From a virus, in the IMG/VR virus record IMGVR_UViG_2534681696_000002: a stretch of 62,154 nucleotides of DNA. The stretch is one strand, 5' to 3'. The position numbers and the translations under genes were made by a program. The stretch's first letter is position 1. Each line of letters begins with the position of its first letter. Below, in pieces: positions 58,901-62,154 of the stretch. The notes below the pieces were generated by a model. That model saw only the letters and a list, made by a program, of their open reading frames with translations. It was not told where the DNA came from and did no database searches.

Positions 58901-59931
58901 TGCACCGCTAGGACAGGATCGAACATCGTATCTTTAACTAGGATCGTATCACCTAGTCGTACCTTTTCGTGCTCATATCCCGTTAACGATTCCAGTAATA
59001 AACATGAAATTTCGTAAGTTGCTCGCGGCTGCTTAACGCGTTTCAGTTCTTCGACTGCTGCTTTCATTAACTCATACTCGTTTTCTACGCTACTAAGATC
59101 TAATCGTTTGAATAGATGCTTTCCGCCTTTTCCGTATAGCTGCAATGCCTGATCGTCGCCTACCCACTTCTGCCCTTTAGGTGATACATAGCCGTCGTGG
59201 ATGTTCTCGAAGGCTTCGATAGTAAGGCGCTTTCCGTTTGCGTCAGCCTTACCGATTGGAATAATAGCCGTAGCGATATCGGATCGATCTACTTCGCGCG
59301 TTACGCCTGTTAGATCCTTTCCGTACGTGAATCGTTTGCCTGTATTAATGCCGCGCTTCTTAACTAGATGTACGTAACGATCGTGTACTTTTGCGCCCAT
59401 AAACGAGACTGTAAATTCCATCTCTAGACCGAACTGCTCGCGGATCTGATGCAGCGCAGCTAGTGCCGTCGGGTATTCGTTAAGGTTAACGTTTTGTAAT
59501 CCCGCATAATCTACGATCCCAAGTTGCCAACCGCTACCCGCTAGGATCTTAGTAGCTGCGTCTTTTACAGAAACCGCGACTAGTGCTTCGCCGTCTACTA
59601 CGTGATTGTATAAATCGTCTACGGCTGCGTTTTCTGCGAATACGCGACGTACGTACTTTCCGTCTCTTCGCTCTTCTCTCGTTCTGATAATCGTAAATAG
59701 CATTAACTTACGATCTTTGTTTCGTACGATCACGTTGTTACCTGCGATTAAGTGCACGGTAGCAGGATCGCTCGCCAACGTACTAAACTCATATGTTAGT
59801 AGTCCGTCTAGTTGTTCGAGGTGTCCGTCCTCGAAAAATCTCGGTGTTTTCGGTAGGTGATTCGTTAATATTGTTTTTTGTCTACCGTATGGATCTGTTA
59901 CGATAATCATGTTATTAATGTCGGTACTCAT
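52918..59931 (-). CDS. Giant tail-associated / receptor-binding protein (2337 aa)
   Basis: N-terminus resembles the phage minor structural / prophage tail endopeptidase region. K/A/E coiled-coil stretches. Discoidin-like FKIETSINGTTWDG...RQVRYIRM. Many ITADKIAAN-type fibre repeats. Follows Dit. Confidence 0.8.
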   Translation of the reverse strand: MSTDINNMIIVTDPYGRQKTILTNHLPKTPRFFEDGHLEQLDGLLTYEFSTLASDPATVHLIAGNNVIVRNKDRKLMLFTIIRTREERRDGKYVRRVFAENAAVDDLYNHVVDGEALVAVSVKDAATKILAGSGWQLGIVDYAGLQNVNLNEYPTALAALHQIREQFGLEMEFTVSFMGAKVHDRYVHLVKKRGINTGKRFTYGKDLTGVTREVDRSDIATAIIPIGKADANGKRLTIEAFENIHDGYVSPKGQKWVGDDQALQLYGKGGKHLFKRLDLSSVENEYELMKAAVEELKRVKQPRATYEISCLLLESLTGYEHEKVRLGDTILVKDTMFDPVLAVQARVIAIYRSYTDPSKDHVTLGEFVPLVIDKNKQIEAIQETINQNISKWEQGGEVVLKSPNEPVKSKRTPNMLWLDLSAKPNVMRRWDAENDRWVNASATTAEEIGAETPEGAQDKANKAEETAIAEAAEDAAVKAKKAEDKAIEVAEEMDEEIKIELKSYVEGVTEEVEAAVKEHADQVAKDAELNAKLFAEGYAEKEWHYGDTPPEDLAQIWFDMSSNPNKIRKYNPNTKEWEAASPTSPKDIGAADPTEVIEEANKARDAAIKEAKAEANKAKDAAITEAKKLDESILTESKRIAKEAEDAANKHTNNVTKEVEEALKKDSQEKADEAKQGAISDADKKILEARKEAATDAQNKANEAQKKAEENADKNVTNKIAEMSVSTRNLLIGTKGVSITATNNGGNITSRGFTFRDYPNAKLDVQGEKLILSFVATGKVEEWGKTNPWIGMEVSVYYMDGDKVWLPVRFDSAGGNGGTRLELGKQYNREVVTHVITVKDKPIQDIMCQTLIRDMAKGTMKLEEFKVGIGTMYTGYDVPLEELDTEFAETKKHADTKAKEAQEAATKRANEVKTEVENFAKDAGNITQGTLAAQRLHGVTISGKSAKIVDIDAGNINVGTLDAARLKAGSINAELLEFGGRLRNVAGNAKTEYSSGDLIANGMTGIDNVNVPRWMVKQFPATATIDLGTIIGEVCRIGFTTYYTTDARYIPKSFKIETSINGTTWDGVADITNNTTGDPKSYTFGGRQVRYIRMIVREPQAGQTACNIANFEALATQGGSILTGDSIVTGRIDATKVNVDNLNAGNIKSGTVHADRIGANSITAQKIAAGAVTTENLHVLAKSLVANTSLTGNDSTGWNIGKHTTSTVGLRASTNMGDVLVHGFTTAEHEQPTTYQSVKFEVDPNQTYKFSIGMFLDKNTRNSSQYFGLHAFDKNGKELPMQPLNPTTGALSGDPRTNPYFWSGKEVSGSWRFMEGYAVSAQADANEAPQGRNIQASYRMHPATKTLMMRFYSGYYPTVKNAAMEVLWWSPSVTAVDSGTIIADRITAGVIDANKVRVTNLRAGDIVSGTMTADRINGGTINAANTNIINLKAGNIVSGTLDAAKVSVINLDASKITTGMLNVGGTQIAKGTDFMRKDWKPLRASIANSINENYLITGGAQAKEEYVYLPRFDLNGGGGEKVTLSYEYNVDANYVVLPEVFVLASKQTTEALIDSVNHDYVHVLAGSESPEDIGGGWKRVTKTFSLQNDIKSAVLRLDHNGSKDGKTCNYRYRRVMLNYGSVALTWSPHTEESIGIGAITADNIRAGAITTNKLTVGDFTNLVPNSAFINGTMEDWDRGNVVGSASAGVPAGAPSSYVRSQTERDTYAGDWFPVKTGDRFYCELTAATSNSGVPISLGLHYVDKDNKPYWTVFTPRINPTGGKWVTQGGEIHISIANATKAKVFVQVDGTTGSTFGTWYMTNAKIHRKTDANLLVDGSVTASKIVANAITADKVAANAITTDKIAANAINASKIAANSIDASKIAAGSITTEKIAAAGITADKITSGILDANRVQVKNLNASVITAGTMSADRITGGTINATNTNIINLKAQNITGGTINADNVAISNGRVTINKDGVTVADAHFLVKDVQTGLLSTTITSTNLFYDHSFETLKADGNAIGGIYYNVQWAYVSSALNDSFYKWARVGTPKMANAYTHDVPVEASPFGLSSGLFNQSDYLAQSFGATAGKQYTISFHAAKPYGGLAAGAPRLMIEHMKDGNVVHSQTQDFAVPATAVGGFVRYGVTVTAHANIAGGRTSAIRVRFMTTNGNWCVFDGVQAVTGNRAAPYDAEDALWKFGQNRTTLDSINVRKVYGSEVVEGKVLRSENFQVVYKNGRAVVDHSNGNVSFNAASGNVHLGNMNTNEIIADKVLRVQNGMSIRGDNENGVGIETSRLYRSWGGNIELNNAFLKTPAVVFGGNITTTQDGTLWYGNGWQGLGFYVAIGGAWHTVVAGFGAG

Positions 59932-59958
59932 TCTATAACCGCCTTTCCGCAGGAATAT

Positions 59959-59978
59959 CCCTACACGTACATAAACGC
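59959..59978 (-). promoter_or_regulatory. Intergenic 20-bp box, copy a (GCGTTTATGTACGTGTAGGG)
   Basis: 27 nt before ATG 59931. Confidence 0.7.
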
Positions 59979-60014
59979 GAGCCTATCGTAATTTGACAGA
60001 CTCGCGCATTTGTG

Positions 60015-61493
60015 TTAAATATATCGATTTGTGAATTTGATGCTTGTTTCTCCCGCAGAAGGTGGGAAGATTGCTAGTTCTGATCGTCCCGTCGGAATAC
60101 TAAAGAAATCACTAGACGGATCTAGTAGCTCATTCGCTAGAATTCCGTTTTTATAGATTGCAGCCGATCCCATATCGACCTCTAGCGTATCGCCTCGCTT
60201 GAAAGCCATATCGTTAACCTCTTCGCGCTGCGTCTCGTTATATTTGAATACGTTAACGTGATTTAACGTCATGTAGTAACGCTTATCGCCGTTACCTAGC
60301 GCAGAAGTTTCGATCTGTACGCCTGCCAGTTTGTTGAGGTATCGCCCTGTATAATCCGCATACTCTCGATATAGTTCAGTATGATAACGCCCCGTCTTAT
60401 CGTCGATGATCGCAAAATATGTAAACCATGTTACATAACCCTTACGCTCTTTTCGTCCGAATCGAATAATGCCGTTATTCCAACCGCTCCATACACCATC
60501 GAAGCCGCCGCGATCGTAAACCATTCCGATTCCGTTATTATCGTCGCCGAATTTAACCGTCGCAATCTGCTGCGTTTTCATCCACGTAACATCGTTAAGA
60601 TGCGCATTACCGAACTTTCGCCCGTTCTGATCTAGTAGGTAGAATCCGACTCTTCCCATATCCTGACGATCCCACGATCTAAATGTAGAATGCAGCTCGA
60701 CCATAAAATTATCGATAGGCTCAGGAATGTTTCGATACATCGATGCGCCGTGCCACCCATTAAAGCGATCTTCGGGTTTCTCCGCGCTTCCGCCGTAGTC
60801 CCATCCTTTTTGATGGAATAGATAGCCGTTACTTTCGAATTCGCCGTATACAATGCCGTTATAGATGTCGCTCGCTTTCGTCCATTGTCGTACATCGATC
60901 AGCTCGTCGTATAAGACGCGCTCTTCGTACGGAACTGTCTTTTTGTTATAGTCGGGCGCTTGTCCCGCAGTTACCGCGTAATCCTTGCCGATAATCGAGA
61001 TCGTCGGCGTGTCTTCGGTAAACGTGACTTTTACGTTCGGGTATGCTTCGGCAGTCCCATCGTTCACGACTTCGGCTTTCATATTGCCGTGTTTGATTTC
61101 GTACTCTTTCTCTAGTCCATCGCCTACAGGATCGGAACATAACAACGTAAACCCGATCATGCAGCTTGTCCCGATCGGCGTTATAGGCGTTTGACCGTCT
61201 AGCTTTGCCGTATAGCTTACGTGATTCTTAAAATCGAAGATAAGTTCGCCGTCAGGCTTGTTTAACCAACGACGAATATCATCTAGTTTCGTTTCTCTTT
61301 CTAGTTCCGTATCAGCCGATACCGTAGCGACAATGTTATATCGCATAACGTCCGTTTCTGATCCGAAATCGTAAGCGCCGATTTTACCCGACGCCTTTAG
61401 TAGATTCGCAGTTTTTTGCGGTAGTAGATCACGATCGATGGAATTTACGAGCATGTATCTACTTGCGTGTTGTCCTCTATATATGAATGCCAT
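60015..61493 (-). CDS. Distal tail protein (Dit) with an insertion domain
   Basis: 492 aa. N-terminal MAFIYRGQHASRYMLVNSIDRDLLP... is typical of the siphovirus tail family. Lies directly after the tape measure stop. Confidence 0.75.
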   Translation of the reverse strand: MAFIYRGQHASRYMLVNSIDRDLLPQKTANLLKASGKIGAYDFGSETDVMRYNIVATVSADTELERETKLDDIRRWLNKPDGELIFDFKNHVSYTAKLDGQTPITPIGTSCMIGFTLLCSDPVGDGLEKEYEIKHGNMKAEVVNDGTAEAYPNVKVTFTEDTPTISIIGKDYAVTAGQAPDYNKKTVPYEERVLYDELIDVRQWTKASDIYNGIVYGEFESNGYLFHQKGWDYGGSAEKPEDRFNGWHGASMYRNIPEPIDNFMVELHSTFRSWDRQDMGRVGFYLLDQNGRKFGNAHLNDVTWMKTQQIATVKFGDDNNGIGMVYDRGGFDGVWSGWNNGIIRFGRKERKGYVTWFTYFAIIDDKTGRYHTELYREYADYTGRYLNKLAGVQIETSALGNGDKRYYMTLNHVNVFKYNETQREEVNDMAFKRGDTLEVDMGSAAIYKNGILANELLDPSSDFFSIPTGRSELAIFPPSAGETSIKFTNRYI

Positions 61494-61494
61494 T

Positions 61495-62154
61495 CTATCG
61501 CCCCCTAGATCTTTCTTTTGCTCTTTCCATGCGCTTTAATTCCTCTGCGACCCTAGTTACGTCCGCCTCTTCGCGCACATGTAGTTCCGCGATTTGGAAG
61601 TTATTCGTTACACGACGATCGCTGCTGCCGCCCTGCCCGCCTTTTCCTTGCGAGTATGTCGCCGCCGTAGTCGGTCGATTTGCAGTACGAATAAAGTTAA
61701 ATAAATTCGCCTGCTGCGCTTGTGTTAGAACCATTTCATTTTTTAATAATCTTGCGTCCACCTCGTCGAACTTCGCGCCTCTTCCGACTAGTCCGCGAGG
61801 ATTACCGCCGTTGTGATATTTCGGTCGTGTAGATCTGTTCGAAGGTGATGATCCGACCGTACCGCCGCTATGGAAGTACTTTAACGGGTTTAAATTCCCT
61901 AGCCACTCTAGCGAAATCCTTTTCGTTTTTGGCGCACTAGCCTTTCGATCGAGGTCGTTGATCTTGCCGTCAGCGTCCGACGTATTCGCCTTGATATCTT
62001 TCGTTTTCTTCTCCATCGCCTTTTTATCGGTTTCGGAAATTTTCGAGTTTGCAGGTGCGGTATTCGCTTGTACTTCTTTGATTTTCTTTTCGGTCGCCTT
62101 TTTATTCGTATCTTCGATCTTCGAATTTGCAGGCGCAGTATTCGCTTGTACTTC
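61495..62154 (-). CDS. Tail tape measure protein, 3' part (continuation of 1..2759; last 44 nt duplicate bases 1..44)
   Basis: The frame of track ORF 61495..62016 stays open to 62154 and joins base 2 in frame through the 44-bp overlap. Confidence 0.85.
   Translation of the reverse strand, partial: EVQANTAPANSKIEDTNKKATEKKIKEVQANTAPANSKISETDKKAMEKKTKDIKANTSDADGKINDLDRKASAPKTKRISLEWLGNLNPLKYFHSGGTVGSSPSNRSTRPKYHNGGNPRGLVGRGAKFDEVDARLLKNEMVLTQAQQANLFNFIRTANRPTTAATYSQGKGGQGGSSDRRVTNNFQIAELHVREEADVTRVAEELKRMERAKERSRGR
61955..62154 (-). repeat. 78-bp tandem repeat copies in the tape measure gene (62033..62110 full copy; 61955..62032 degenerate; 62111..62154 equals 1..44)
   Basis: tcggaaattttcgagtttgcaggtgcggtattcgcttgtacttctttgattttcttttcggtcgcctttttattcgta aligns with 1..78. 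Confidence 0.85.

Noticed and set aside
1-62154. tRNA, tmRNA or rRNA genes
   Set aside because: Reading through the intergenic regions, I found no cloverleaf-compatible segment with a GTTCGAATC-like T-arm. A tRNAscan-type search is still needed for confirmation.

Overview
The window is a complete, circularly closed genome of a siphovirus-type tailed phage of a Bacillus-like Firmicute. Host assignment rests on AGGAGG-type ribosome-binding sites (RBS), TTGACA/TATAAT promoters, an XhlA-like lysis protein, an Amidase_3+SH3b endolysin and a SpoVT/AbrB-fold protein. Bases 1..44 are identical to 62111..62154. Removing that overlap joins the two halves of the tape-measure gene in frame, giving a unit length of 62,110 bp. 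Almost all genes are on the minus strand. In transcription order they form three blocks. (a) Packaging, head and tail: 13177 down to 1, wrapping to 62110 and on to 52918. (b) Lysis: 52836 to 50336. (c) A long early/replication region: 49470 to 16173. Block (c) carries a Rep-like protein, a ParM/ParR-like partition pair, DnaB/DnaC-like/primase genes, a sigma-70-family protein, a family-A DNA polymerase split into two ORFs, nucleases and a dispersed nucleoside-salvage gene set (NupC transporter, dNK, TK, dNMP kinase, deoxyribosyltransferase). Only a few genes are plus-strand: a 184-aa tyrosine recombinase, two XRE-type regulators and a two-gene small-protein unit. The most unusual signals are regulatory or architectural. 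First, 19 same-strand copies of a 20-bp intergenic box, often directly after terminators. Second, a family of early promoters with a conserved GATATC spacer element. Third, a 17-bp palindromic operator family. Fourth, a ~105-bp inverted repeat pair lying almost opposite each other on the circle. Fifth, a 1.7-kb non-coding region with helically phased iterons. Sixth, gene cassettes inserted between terL and portal and inside the most conserved motif of the polymerase. All functional calls come from motif recognition by eye. No database search was run.
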